A model generated the notes under the pieces. It worked only from the letters and a program-made list of their open reading frames with translations, did no database searches and was not told where the DNA came from. The translations under genes and the position numbers were made by a program. A stretch of 64,000 bases of DNA. Source: Halorutilales archaeon Cl-col2-1 (lineage in GTDB: Archaea > Halobacteriota > Halobacteria > Halobacteriales > Afararchaeaceae). Positions within the stretch are counted from its first letter, which is position 1, and every line of letters begins with the position of its first letter. The stretch is taken from the NCBI GenBank assembly GCA_041891055.1, contig CP169074.1:1440001-1504000 (forward strand), written 5' to 3'. Positions 1-8,192 of this stretch are shown piece by piece.

Positions 1-453
1 ATTTATAAGAGACTTGGCGTCGTGTCTCGCGCGGCTTGGGAGATAAACCTCAGAGTCTATTCCCGCACGTGCGGCGTACGCAGCAGCCGAGACCCCTCCG
101 TTTCCGGTGGAGAATAGAGAGACTCCCTCGGCTCCCTCAGAGGCGGCTACGGAGACTGCGACAGTCATACCCCTGTCCCTGACGCTCCCCGTCGGATTCC
201 TTCCCTCATCCTTGACGTAAAACTCGGAGACACCACACTCATCGGCGAGCTTAGGGGAGGCGACTAAGGGCGTGTCGCCCTCGCCCATCGAGACGGGATC
301 TACGGAGGGAAGGTCGGCGTACTCCCAGATCCCAGTGAGGTTGGCATCGGCGTCGGTTTCGTCACTCGGCTTCGGCTCTTTGTAGACGGGGTCGAGTATA
401 CCGTGTTCACAGTCGCAGTCCTCGTCTCTGCACGTGTAACAGACGGTCCTCAT
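1..453 (-). CDS. Threonine synthase-like PLP fold-type II protein, 5' part (runs off window start)
   Basis: Manual translation from ATG at 453: MRTVCYTC...IWEYADLP..VSMGEGDTPLV..YVKDEGRNPTGSVRDRG..STGNGGVSAAAYAARAG. ATGA overlap with the upstream HAD gene. Absent from the ORF track because there is no stop in the window. Confidence 0.8.
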   Translation of the reverse strand, partial: MRTVCYTCRDEDCDCEHGILDPVYKEPKPSDETDADANLTGIWEYADLPSVDPVSMGEGDTPLVASPKLADECGVSEFYVKDEGRNPTGSVRDRGMTVAVSVAASEGAEGVSLFSTGNGGVSAAAYAARAGIDSEVYLPSRARHDAKSLIN

Positions 454-1067
454 TCGAGACCCTCAACTATCTCCTCAACCTCAGTAACGTCGTCTATACG
501 GTAGTCGGGCTCCTCAACGACCTCCTCGTACGAGTTCTGTATCCAGACCGTCGTCGCGCCGAAGTAGTCAGCCATCAAGAGGTCGTCGTTTAGCTCGTCA
601 CTCACCATCACGGCATCGTCACGTCCGTCGATCGCTCTGACGTAGCCCTTCGGATGGGGCTTCTCCTTCGCTATCTCGCTCGACACTACGACGTCCTCGA
701 AGAGATCCGATATACCGAAGCTGTCGAGGGCTTCATCTATCCAAGGCTTGACCTGGTCAGTGAAGAGGACGAGTTCGTGGTCGTCGGAGAGACGTTCGAG
801 AGTCTGCCTTACCTCTGAGTCGAGCGTAGGCGCGGCGACCCTCTCGTCGAGGTACTCCCTACATCTCTCCTCCGGCACCCCCGTGAGACGTGAGAGGACG
901 GTTATGTACTCGTCGACTGTGTCAAGGAGACCGAGCGAGAACGCCTTGTAGGCTATGTATCCCGGGTACGGCACCGGATGTCCCTCGCTGACGTCGAGCA
1001 TACGTGTGTACTCGGTCTCGTCGACCTCGTCGATTACTGTTCCCCCGTAGTCGAAGATTAGTCTCAT
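450..1067 (-). CDS. HAD-superfamily hydrolase
   Basis: FDYGGT motif I, KPHP motif III, VSDELNDDL motif IV. Confidence 0.85.
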   Translation of the reverse strand: MRLIFDYGGTVIDEVDETEYTRMLDVSEGHPVPYPGYIAYKAFSLGLLDTVDEYITVLSRLTGVPEERCREYLDERVAAPTLDSEVRQTLERLSDDHELVLFTDQVKPWIDEALDSFGISDLFEDVVVSSEIAKEKPHPKGYVRAIDGRDDAVMVSDELNDDLLMADYFGATTVWIQNSYEEVVEEPDYRIDDVTEVEEIVEGLE

Positions 1068-1148
1068 CTACCGTAGATAGACGTGTGGCTTGTTTGTGTC
1101 TTTCTCTTGATCCGTAGACGTTATTCGTCGGGGAATCGAACTCCGTCC

Positions 1149-1691
1149 ATGAAGATACGGCGCGCTGTCTCCGACTGGTACGCCGTCGTGACTCAGCCTC
1201 GTGAGTTCTTCTCGCGTGTCAACCACGAGAGAGCGGGACAGAGAGACGCCCTCGTCTTCGTCGTACTCGTGGCTCTCGTCTCGGAGGTTCCGACGGCAGT
1301 CCCCGAGGGAGTCGTCGACGCCGCGGGGGTCTCTGTGGCTGTGCTCCTACTGTCTCCCGCAGTTCTACACATAGCGAGCGGCGTCGTATACGGTCTCGTA
1401 TGGCTAGCGACCGAGAGGGACGAAGGTGTAGACACGACCGTGAGGGCGGTGGCGTACAGCACAGCGCCCGCGGTCGTAAGCTGGCTCCCATATGTGAGGC
1501 TACCCGCGGCGGTCTACGGATTCTATCTTCTGTACACGGGTATAAGAGAGGGACACGGAGTAGGACGGGCGAGAGCCCTCGGAGTCGCGTCGGTTCCGGG
1601 ACTCCTCGTATTCGGGGTAGTCTTCTCGGGATTCGAGGGGGCTCGGGAGGTATTTGGGGCTCTACTCGGGGTCGGTGTTGGAGCGGCGTAA
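1149..1691 (+). CDS. YIP1-family membrane protein
   Basis: ATG at 1149; P.EFF N-terminal motif, AYSTAP, GIREGH; about 5 hydrophobic segments. Confidence 0.75.
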   Translation: MKIRRAVSDWYAVVTQPREFFSRVNHERAGQRDALVFVVLVALVSEVPTAVPEGVVDAAGVSVAVLLLSPAVLHIASGVVYGLVWLATERDEGVDTTVRAVAYSTAPAVVSWLPYVRLPAAVYGFYLLYTGIREGHGVGRARALGVASVPGLLVFGVVFSGFEGAREVFGALLGVGVGAA

Positions 1692-1727
1692 GCTTGATAA
1701 CTCCTAACACATTAGTTTCTGATATCA

Positions 1728-2057
1728 GTGTGTCCGAGAGTCGAGGAGATACAGACCACACCCAGCGTTCTGTCAGGCGAGATGGGTCTCGGTGAAGTCG
1801 TATACAGTGTCGAGAGGCTCGACGGCGTCCTATACAGAAGAGAGGGATCCTCTGAGTACCATCTCGTGGTCAACGAGAACACCGTGATAGTCTGGAAGGC
1901 TACGGTCGACGACGGATCTGTCAAGGCGGTTCTACTCTCACAGAAGGACATCTCGTCCGAGAGATACTCGAAGAAGGTGGAGGAAGGCTTCAAGAAGGTC
2001 GAAGTCGACGGCGGTATAGGCTCGGTGAAGGTCGATGTCGGCGGTATAAAAGAATGA
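1728..2057 (+). CDS. Hypothetical protein (start may be ATG 1782)
   Basis: ORF with host-like composition, ATGA overlap with the next gene. Confidence 0.5.
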   Translation: MCPRVEEIQTTPSVLSGEMGLGEVVYSVERLDGVLYRREGSSEYHLVVNENTVIVWKATVDDGSVKAVLLSQKDISSERYSKKVEEGFKKVEVDGGIGSVKVDVGGIKE

Positions 2058-2461
2058 GAAGACGTCTCTTCAAGATACAGGGGATACTGTTCACTGCTTT
2101 CGGAGTCACACTTGTTGTTCTCGGGGTTCTACACAACCCGGTTCTTGTCTTTCTCTCGTTTATATTCTTTCTCGCGGGGATCGTCTTTGTCTCTGTGGGT
2201 ATCAAGACTGAGACGAAGACGAGAAGACGCCGGGTAGGCGGAAGGGGATCGGGAGGATTCTCCGCGGCGGAAGGAAGAGAAAGAAGGAGTCAGCCCCACG
2301 AGATTCTAGGGGTCGAAAGAGGCGCTTCTGAAGACGAGATAGAGTCGGCGTACAGGGATCTCGTCAAGGAAGTCCATCCCGATCTCAACGACTCCGAGGA
2401 CGCAGATGAGGAGTTCAGGCGCGTCCAGGAAGCCTACGAGACCCTCAAGAACCGGGGCTAG
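2054..2461 (+). CDS. Membrane-anchored J-domain (DnaJ-domain) protein
   Basis: Two N-terminal TM helices; C-terminal J domain PHEILGV..AYRDLVKEVHPD..VQEAYETL with HPD motif. Confidence 0.85.
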   Translation: MRRRLFKIQGILFTAFGVTLVVLGVLHNPVLVFLSFIFFLAGIVFVSVGIKTETKTRRRRVGGRGSGGFSAAEGRERRSQPHEILGVERGASEDEIESAYRDLVKEVHPDLNDSEDADEEFRRVQEAYETLKNRG

Positions 2462-3462
2462 GGCTTCGGAGCCGCGGATTCGAGGGCGGTCTCGGCTATG
2501 TTAGCGCCGTAGTCGGCGGCTCTGTTTATGCTGTCTATCACGAGCCCGAGAGCCTGCGCGGTCTGGGGGTCGAGATCACGTATCTTCTTGTCTATCTCGC
2601 GTGTGTGTTCCTCCTCTATCTCGGAGACGGAGTCGAGTACCTCGTTCGCCCTCTCAGTCGCGGCGTCGTCGTCGAGATCCATGAGTGCGCTCACGGCGTC
2701 GTCGACTATCTCGACTGAGTCCTGACTCGCCTCGTATAGTGCCTCGCCTATCTCGTCGTCAATCTCGTCGTCGATCTCCCTCGATATCTCGGCGATCTTC
2801 GCGGCGTGGTCGGCTACCCTCTCAAGCTGTCTCGCCGTCGTGTAGTAGTCGAAACACGTGTCACGTGTCACCCCCATCTCCTCCTCCGACCTCGCGTCGT
2901 GTAGCGACGACCTGAAGGTGCGTGAGACCATCGCGAACATCCTGTCGACATCCTCGTCTCTCTCTACGACGTCGTCGGAGATTGCGTCGTCGTTCTCGAC
3001 GACTGCCTTGACCGAGTCCTCGAACATGCTCTCGGCTATGAGACGCATACGCGATACACTCCTGTGAATACTGAGCTGTGACGAGTCGAGTAGGTCCTGA
3101 AAGACGACGACATCCCCGGTCTCCTCTATGACTTCGAGCCCCGCTAATCTCTGACTCGCCTTTCTGAGGGTTCTTCTCTGGCTACTCGTGATCCTGTCGG
3201 ACTCAAACTTCATGACGTCGAATCCCGAGACGTACATCGTGATCACAGCACGGAGGAGATGATCTCCCTCTAAGCCTGTTATGTCCATCACACCCTCTCT
3301 GTCTTCGTCGGCGGGGTCGAGTGTCTCTATCACGAGAGACGAGTCGCTCGGGAACATCCCGACCTCGCTCCCACCCTCGACGTCATTCTCGCGCGCCCAG
3401 TCCTTGGGTATAGAAACCGTGTAGGTCGATCCACCCGTGACCTGTACCTTACGTGTCTCCAT
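2458..3462 (-). CDS. phoU: Phosphate uptake regulator (AbrB-like N-terminus plus PhoU domains)
   Basis: METRKVQVTGGSTYTVSIPKDWA N-terminus; ERVADHA and RAADYGANIAE PhoU repeats. Confidence 0.9.
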   Translation of the reverse strand: METRKVQVTGGSTYTVSIPKDWARENDVEGGSEVGMFPSDSSLVIETLDPADEDREGVMDITGLEGDHLLRAVITMYVSGFDVMKFESDRITSSQRRTLRKASQRLAGLEVIEETGDVVVFQDLLDSSQLSIHRSVSRMRLIAESMFEDSVKAVVENDDAISDDVVERDEDVDRMFAMVSRTFRSSLHDARSEEEMGVTRDTCFDYYTTARQLERVADHAAKIAEISREIDDEIDDEIGEALYEASQDSVEIVDDAVSALMDLDDDAATERANEVLDSVSEIEEEHTREIDKKIRDLDPQTAQALGLVIDSINRAADYGANIAETALESAAPKP

Positions 3463-3511
3463 ATACCTACTTGGGCAAAAGAATAAATAAACCTGCTGTC
3501 TCTAAGTTGTA

Positions 3512-3736
3512 TTAGTCACGTATATATAGCTTTGACCCAGGCTCGATACGTCTTCGTGAGTCTACGACGACTGAGACATACGGCTTCTCGACGGGCCCGA
3601 AGACATCGACCGTCCTCCCGACGCGGTCGAGCGACGAGTCGACGACGTCGACGTCGAGTGGAGGACGCGAGTCGAGTTCGGAACGGACGACCGTGACCGC
3701 GCCTACGGTGTGGAGACTCTTACCCAGACGTCTCAT
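3512..3736 (-). CDS. gar1: H/ACA RNP subunit Gar1
   Basis: MRRLG...VVD....VG..VDVFGPVEKPY motif; near srp19 as in other archaea. Confidence 0.85.
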   Translation of the reverse strand: MRRLGKSLHTVGAVTVVRSELDSRPPLDVDVVDSSLDRVGRTVDVFGPVEKPYVSVVVDSRRRIEPGSKLYIRD

Positions 3737-4377
3737 CTAGAATCGATCCTGTCGAGAAGCTCCTCCGAGTTACCGTCGACTACCTCTATAGCCCTCTCAC
3801 GGCTCAGACCCGCCGACTGCGCGACCTCTATAGCCTTCTCTCGCGTGATGAAGTCTGAGGGTGCGTGCGAGTCGGTGTTGACTATCAGGCTCGCGCCCTC
3901 CTCCTCAGCGAGTCTCGCGACGTGTCCGTTTGCGAGAGAGTGTCCGCGCCTCGACGAGAGTTCGAGGTAGACGTCTTTGTCGGCGGCGAGTCTGACGTCC
4001 TCACGGTCTATGAGTCCGGGATGTCCGAGTATGTCGACTCCCGCCTCTATCGCCGCACGGTTCGTGCCCTGAGTGACCGGCTCGGCGGTCGTCTCTCCGT
4101 GGGCTATCACGACGTCGGCGCCGGCATCCCTCGCCCTCTCGACGACTGAGGCGAAGTTCTCGGGAGGGACGTGTGTGACCTCGACCCCCGCGAGGAGACG
4201 TATCGAGGCGGTTTCCTTGGCGTCTAAGACACGTTCGACGGCGTCCTCGACGTTGCTACCGTCGGCGTGATCAGTAATTCCGACTACGTCGACGCCCTGT
4301 ACCTCGGCGCGTCTCGCCTGTTCGGCTGGGACTAGCTCTCCGTCGCTGTAGAAGGTGTGTGAGTGGAAGTCGATCAT
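3733..4377 (-). CDS. PHP-domain protein (histidinol-phosphatase-like)
   Basis: DFHSHT..SDG, ITDH, AHGET, LGHPG, NTDSH metal-binding motifs. Confidence 0.85.
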   Translation of the reverse strand: MIDFHSHTFYSDGELVPAEQARRAEVQGVDVVGITDHADGSNVEDAVERVLDAKETASIRLLAGVEVTHVPPENFASVVERARDAGADVVIAHGETTAEPVTQGTNRAAIEAGVDILGHPGLIDREDVRLAADKDVYLELSSRRGHSLANGHVARLAEEEGASLIVNTDSHAPSDFITREKAIEVAQSAGLSRERAIEVVDGNSEELLDRIDSR

Positions 4378-4655
4378 GTCTCTTGCCTCATAGCGTCTAT
4401 GTATGCGGCTACGGCTCTGAGTACGTCACGTTTCGAGTCGTCGGCGTCGAGACGGACACGTCCCTTTGCCTCCCACCACGACCTCGGGTACTTCTTGTCG
4501 GTCTCGACTACGGGGTCATAGCCTATCTGCCTCACGGCGTTAGCTACCTCCTGTAGAGTCGGAGAAGAGACCGCGGTGTCTTCGGGAATACGTCTGCCCT
4601 CCGACCTCGACTTGTCGGCGTCGAGATAAGCAGGCCAGATAATGGTCTCGGTCAT
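4374..4655 (-). CDS. srp19: Signal recognition particle protein SRP19
   Basis: IIWPAYLDA.KSRSEGRR and YPRSWWE..GRV motifs. Confidence 0.92.
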   Translation of the reverse strand: MTETIIWPAYLDADKSRSEGRRIPEDTAVSSPTLQEVANAVRQIGYDPVVETDKKYPRSWWEAKGRVRLDADDSKRDVLRAVAAYIDAMRQET

Positions 4656-4697
4656 ACTCTATATAGACGCTCGTAAATCATTTAGCTTACCATTCGC

Positions 4698-5201
4698 TCA
4701 CCGGAGATCGACCTTCTCGACGAAGTCGAGCGACGTGAGCTGGTTGACGAGCTCCCCCGGAACCTCGCCGTTAGTGATGACTGTGAACTTGGGCTCGTCG
4801 GTGAAGTAGGGGTCATCGCTGACAGCCTGACGTATAGAGACGTCGTGTTCGGAGATCACCGAAGCCATCTCGGCGAGTAGACCCGTCGACGACGCGTCTT
4901 TGACCTTTATCGTGAGAACCGAGAGACCGAGCACGGGAGCGACGTCCTTGAGCGACGGTATCGACGAGATGTTCTGGAAGATATCTCTGAGCTCTTCGTC
5001 TTCGAGTATAGTCGAGGTCGTCGAGTCGACTACACGTCTGTCTACGTCGATCTCGCGGGCTATCTGTGTGTTGGGTATCTCTATGCCTCCCGAGACGACA
5101 CGTCCCTCGTCGTTGACCGAGAATCCTCTTTCGAGAAGGAGTTTTATGACCTTCTTCTGGCTCGGCGATCCCTCGAACCTCTCGATTATGCTCTCCCACA
5201 T
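4698..5201 (-). CDS. trpY: TrpY-like regulator (N-terminal HTH plus C-terminal ACT domain)
   Basis: MW..I..RFEG.PS, IARE.DVDRRVV HTH, SIRQAVSDDP..EP..TVIT..PG ACT; matches the archaeal TrpY/COG2150 pattern. Confidence 0.75.
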   Translation of the reverse strand: MWESIIERFEGSPSQKKVIKLLLERGFSVNDEGRVVSGGIEIPNTQIAREIDVDRRVVDSTTSTILEDEELRDIFQNISSIPSLKDVAPVLGLSVLTIKVKDASSTGLLAEMASVISEHDVSIRQAVSDDPYFTDEPKFTVITNGEVPGELVNQLTSLDFVEKVDLR

Positions 5202-5202
5202 G

Positions 5203-5946
5203 TTACTTTGTTTCGAGTAGGGCTCGTCTGACTAAGTCGTTCTCCTTGGGACGGAAGAGGTTCGATCCTTTATCCGCGTCGAGGTCGAGTCCCGAGAGGG
5301 CGACTGCAGGGACACCGTCTCCGCCTTCCCCCATCAGAAGGTTGGCGAAGCCGGCTATCTCGTCGGCGGCCGCCTCGCGCGTGACCTCAAGCTCTCTTCC
5401 GTTTAGGTCAGTCTCGCCGCGCCATTCCCTCATGGGATCGAGACCGTGCCATCCGACTGCGACGCCTGTCTGCCCCTCACGGAATGGACGTCCGCACGTG
5501 TCTGTGATTACGACCGGAAGATCCACTTCGTCGGAGATACGCCGCGCGCTCTCGCTGGGGTCTTCGGGAAGAAGGAGGACTGTGTCGTCACCCTCAACGT
5601 TTGACCTGTCTATTCCGGCGTTGGGAGCGACGTGTCCGAAACTCGTGACAGCGAGCATGAAAGGGTCTTCTATCAGAAGCTCCACTGACTCGTCGAGGAC
5701 AGCCTCTACGAAACGCGGGTCGGCGTCTTCAAGGCTCTCGGATACCGAACGCGCGCGGTCGGATACGTCGTAGCTTTCGAGACTTCTTCTGCGTCCCTCG
5801 GACTTAGAGATGACTGTACTCGCCACACACAGAAGGTCGAAGTCGTCTCGGCAGCCGCGTAGACTGTCGTCGATCAGACTCCCGAGGTCGTGGCTCTCGT
5901 CTACGAGAGGGAGACCGTCGATACGTCTGGCTGTGACCGTGTCCAT
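5203..5946 (-). CDS. cofE: Coenzyme F420-0:L-glutamate ligase
   Basis: ASTVISKSEGR, NAGIDRSN, ITDTCGRPFR.GQTGVA, ADEIA..ANLLMGEG. Confidence 0.92.
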   Translation of the reverse strand: MDTVTARRIDGLPLVDESHDLGSLIDDSLRGCRDDFDLLCVASTVISKSEGRRRSLESYDVSDRARSVSESLEDADPRFVEAVLDESVELLIEDPFMLAVTSFGHVAPNAGIDRSNVEGDDTVLLLPEDPSESARRISDEVDLPVVITDTCGRPFREGQTGVAVGWHGLDPMREWRGETDLNGRELEVTREAAADEIAGFANLLMGEGGDGVPAVALSGLDLDADKGSNLFRPKENDLVRRALLETK

Positions 5947-6003
5947 GTAAGGGATACGACCCGAGCCTCAATAATACTGGAGAAAGAAGATGAGTACGAA
6001 TTC

Positions 6004-6134
6004 ATACTGGAGGACAGAAATAATTAGAGACTGAATACAGACCTGTCTGAGAAAATCGGATACTGTATCCGAATTAGCATCGGTATCTCTCTTTCAGACC
6101 GATTCCGTATTCAGGTTCTTCTGTCCTTGAGTAT
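6004..6134. repeat. Long imperfect nested inverted repeat / hairpin in divergent intergenic region
   Basis: ATACTGGAGGACAGAA (6004-19) pairs with TTCTGTCCTTGAGTAT (6119-34); CTGAATAC/GTATTCAG; GTCTGAGA/TTTCAGAC; central palindrome TCGGATAC-T-GTATCCGA (6056-72). Confidence 0.7.
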
Positions 6135-6185
6135 CAGTTAAGACGGGGGATAAGCTTTTAGACTAGCACGGAAAACTCTCAGAGT

Positions 6186-6881
6186 ATGTCTGACAGTCAG
6201 AGTGACGACGAAGAGGGTAATGCGACGACAGAGGCGGAGGAGGACGTCTTCGGCTACTCGAAGAAGGGAAGCTGGGACGATGTCGTCGAGTTCGCGAAGG
6301 AGATCACACGGTCTTTCAAGGACGCCGGCATCGACCCCGATGTCGTCGACGAGTGGGAAGGATGGCGTCCGAGATCGAAGGAAGAGGAAGGCAAGATGAG
6401 GGAAAAGACCGCCGAGAAGGCGAAGACAGAGAAAGGCAAGAAGCCCTCTGAGAAGGCGGGAGAGGCGGCTGAGCATCTCTCCGACACGAGCAGACACACC
6501 GCAGAGGGTGACGTGAGTAAGGCGGCTGAGAAGGCTACGAAGTCGGCAAAGTCGGCGGGTGAGGCGGCAGGAGGCGCGGGTAGGAGTGTTCTGCGTACCG
6601 TCGAGGACTGGGTTTACAAGAACATCACGACACAGACAAGCCCGCTCTACATCGACACTGAGAGTTTCAACGCGTCTCTGACCGTCCCCACCCCGATAGC
6701 TAAACGCATAAAGGGAATAGTGGGAAGTGGGAGCGAGGAGGAGTACACACTCTCGATCAACCCAGAGTCCGAGGATGTCGAGGACGCACTCGATGAGACC
6801 TTCGGCTCGGAAGCGGAGTCAGAGATATCGGAGGAGATGGCGAAGGACGACGATACCGAAACGGGTTCGGGGAACGAGTAG
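6186..6881 (+). CDS. Conserved haloarchaeal hypothetical protein (DUF5828-like)
   Basis: G.W.DVVEF...IT, EWEGWRP, LRTVEDWVY.NI..QTSPLY motifs. Confidence 0.65.
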   Translation: MSDSQSDDEEGNATTEAEEDVFGYSKKGSWDDVVEFAKEITRSFKDAGIDPDVVDEWEGWRPRSKEEEGKMREKTAEKAKTEKGKKPSEKAGEAAEHLSDTSRHTAEGDVSKAAEKATKSAKSAGEAAGGAGRSVLRTVEDWVYKNITTQTSPLYIDTESFNASLTVPTPIAKRIKGIVGSGSEEEYTLSINPESEDVEDALDETFGSEAESEISEEMAKDDDTETGSGNE

Positions 6882-6887
6882 ATCTGA

Positions 6888-7037
6888 CTACTCCTCGTAG
6901 CCCTCGTAGAACCCGCTTCCCTGTGACTCGTATATGTTGAGAAGCTCCTCTATGAACTCCTCGTAAGTCTCACCGTCTTCCTTGTGAATCTCCATCCTTT
7001 CCTTGAGTTCGTCACTGATCTCTATCTTAAAAGACAT
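6888..7037 (-). CDS. Small acidic protein, 49 aa (ribbon-helix-helix-like, haloarchaeal)
   Basis: Manual translation MSFKIEISDELKERMEIHKEDGETYEEFIEELLNIYESQGSGFYEGYEE; below ORF-track cutoff. Confidence 0.7.
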   Translation of the reverse strand: MSFKIEISDELKERMEIHKEDGETYEEFIEELLNIYESQGSGFYEGYEE

Positions 7038-7081
7038 ACACGAACAAAGTCCTTCGAGTCGCATATAACTTGCGCCAGTCT

Positions 7082-7116
7082 TCTCGTGAACAGTAACTCT
7101 TTTCGAGGTTGACAGA
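7082..7116. promoter_or_regulatory. Candidate BirA (biotin) operator upstream of bioY
   Basis: CGTGAAC-N16-GTTGACA resembles the BirA TGTnAAC-N16-GTTnACA dyad and straddles a T-rich TATA-like element. Confidence 0.4.
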
Positions 7117-7130
7117 TACTCTCATCTAAG

Positions 7131-8192
7131 ATGAAACAGAGAGACGAACTCAGACGTATGGTCTATGCGGCTCTGTTTGCCGCGCTCGCGGGAGCCGGGT
7201 CGCTTTTGGCTGTTCCGATAGGCCCCGTTCCGGTTACGCTTCAGGCTTTCTTCGTCTTCCTTCCGGGGCTGGTCTTAGGAGCGAGATGGGGCTTCATCTC
7301 GATATCTCTCTACCTTCTCTTAGGAGTCGTTGGATTCCCCGTCTACGCCGGGGGGTCGGCGGGTATAGGACATCTCCTGGGTCCGACGGCGGGCTACCTC
7401 TTCTCGTTCCCGATAGCCGCGGGGATTATAGGCTACGCGGGCGAGATGGGTAAGGGACGTCCGGGATTCCAGAGACTCGGCTTGAAGGTCGCCGGAGGAA
7501 TCGTGGGTCTCGGAGTCAACCACGGAATGGGAGTCGCACAGCTAATGAACTACTACGGCATGGGACTCAGCGCGGCGGTCGCGGCGGGCTCCCTGCCCTT
7601 CATAGTCCCTGACCTTATCAAGCTCGGCGCTGCGGTCGGTGTCTCGGAGAGTCTCGGGAAGTACGGCGTCGAGACAGAGTCGGGTGGACCTGACCTTAGA
7701 GGAAACGAGGAGAGGTCATTCTACGCGACCGTCCTCGGGATAGGTCTCGTTATGGGCGGTCTGATACCGTGGGCGTACCTAGAGAACTCCGAGGGGCTCT
7801 CAGCAGGTATAAAAGGCATCTCGTCGGGTGGCTCTGTGACACTCACGGGTGAAGAAGCCGAAGCGGTCGTGACAGGGGTTCCGTCGTTACAGCTCTACGG
7901 AGTCACAGCCATGGTTCTCGGAGCCGTAGTCCTCATGACCGCCTTCGCGGGTCTGAGATGGTTGGAGAGAAAGGAGGTGTACACAGCCGTCGTATACGGT
8001 ACCGCCGGTGTAGCAGGTGTTCTACTCGCGGCGGTATCGTACTCGGCTGTGTCGTCGTGGGAGTTAGGAGCTACCGCGAGCGTGGGTTACGGGGTCTATC
8101 TCGTCGGAATAATGGGTCTCGGACTCGTCGGACTCGGCGTCCACACGGTGAGATCGAAGGGAGAGGCGGGAGTCATATCGTCGTCGGCATGA
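7131..8192 (+). CDS. bioY: Biotin ECF S-component BioY with a ~170-aa extra C-terminal membrane domain
   Basis: PVPVTLQ, YLLLGVVGFPVYAGG, LLGPTAGYL, PFIVPDLIK; extra hydrophobic C-terminal half. Confidence 0.85.
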   Translation: MKQRDELRRMVYAALFAALAGAGSLLAVPIGPVPVTLQAFFVFLPGLVLGARWGFISISLYLLLGVVGFPVYAGGSAGIGHLLGPTAGYLFSFPIAAGIIGYAGEMGKGRPGFQRLGLKVAGGIVGLGVNHGMGVAQLMNYYGMGLSAAVAAGSLPFIVPDLIKLGAAVGVSESLGKYGVETESGGPDLRGNEERSFYATVLGIGLVMGGLIPWAYLENSEGLSAGIKGISSGGSVTLTGEEAEAVVTGVPSLQLYGVTAMVLGAVVLMTAFAGLRWLERKEVYTAVVYGTAGVAGVLLAAVSYSAVSSWELGATASVGYGVYLVGIMGLGLVGLGVHTVRSKGEAGVISSSA

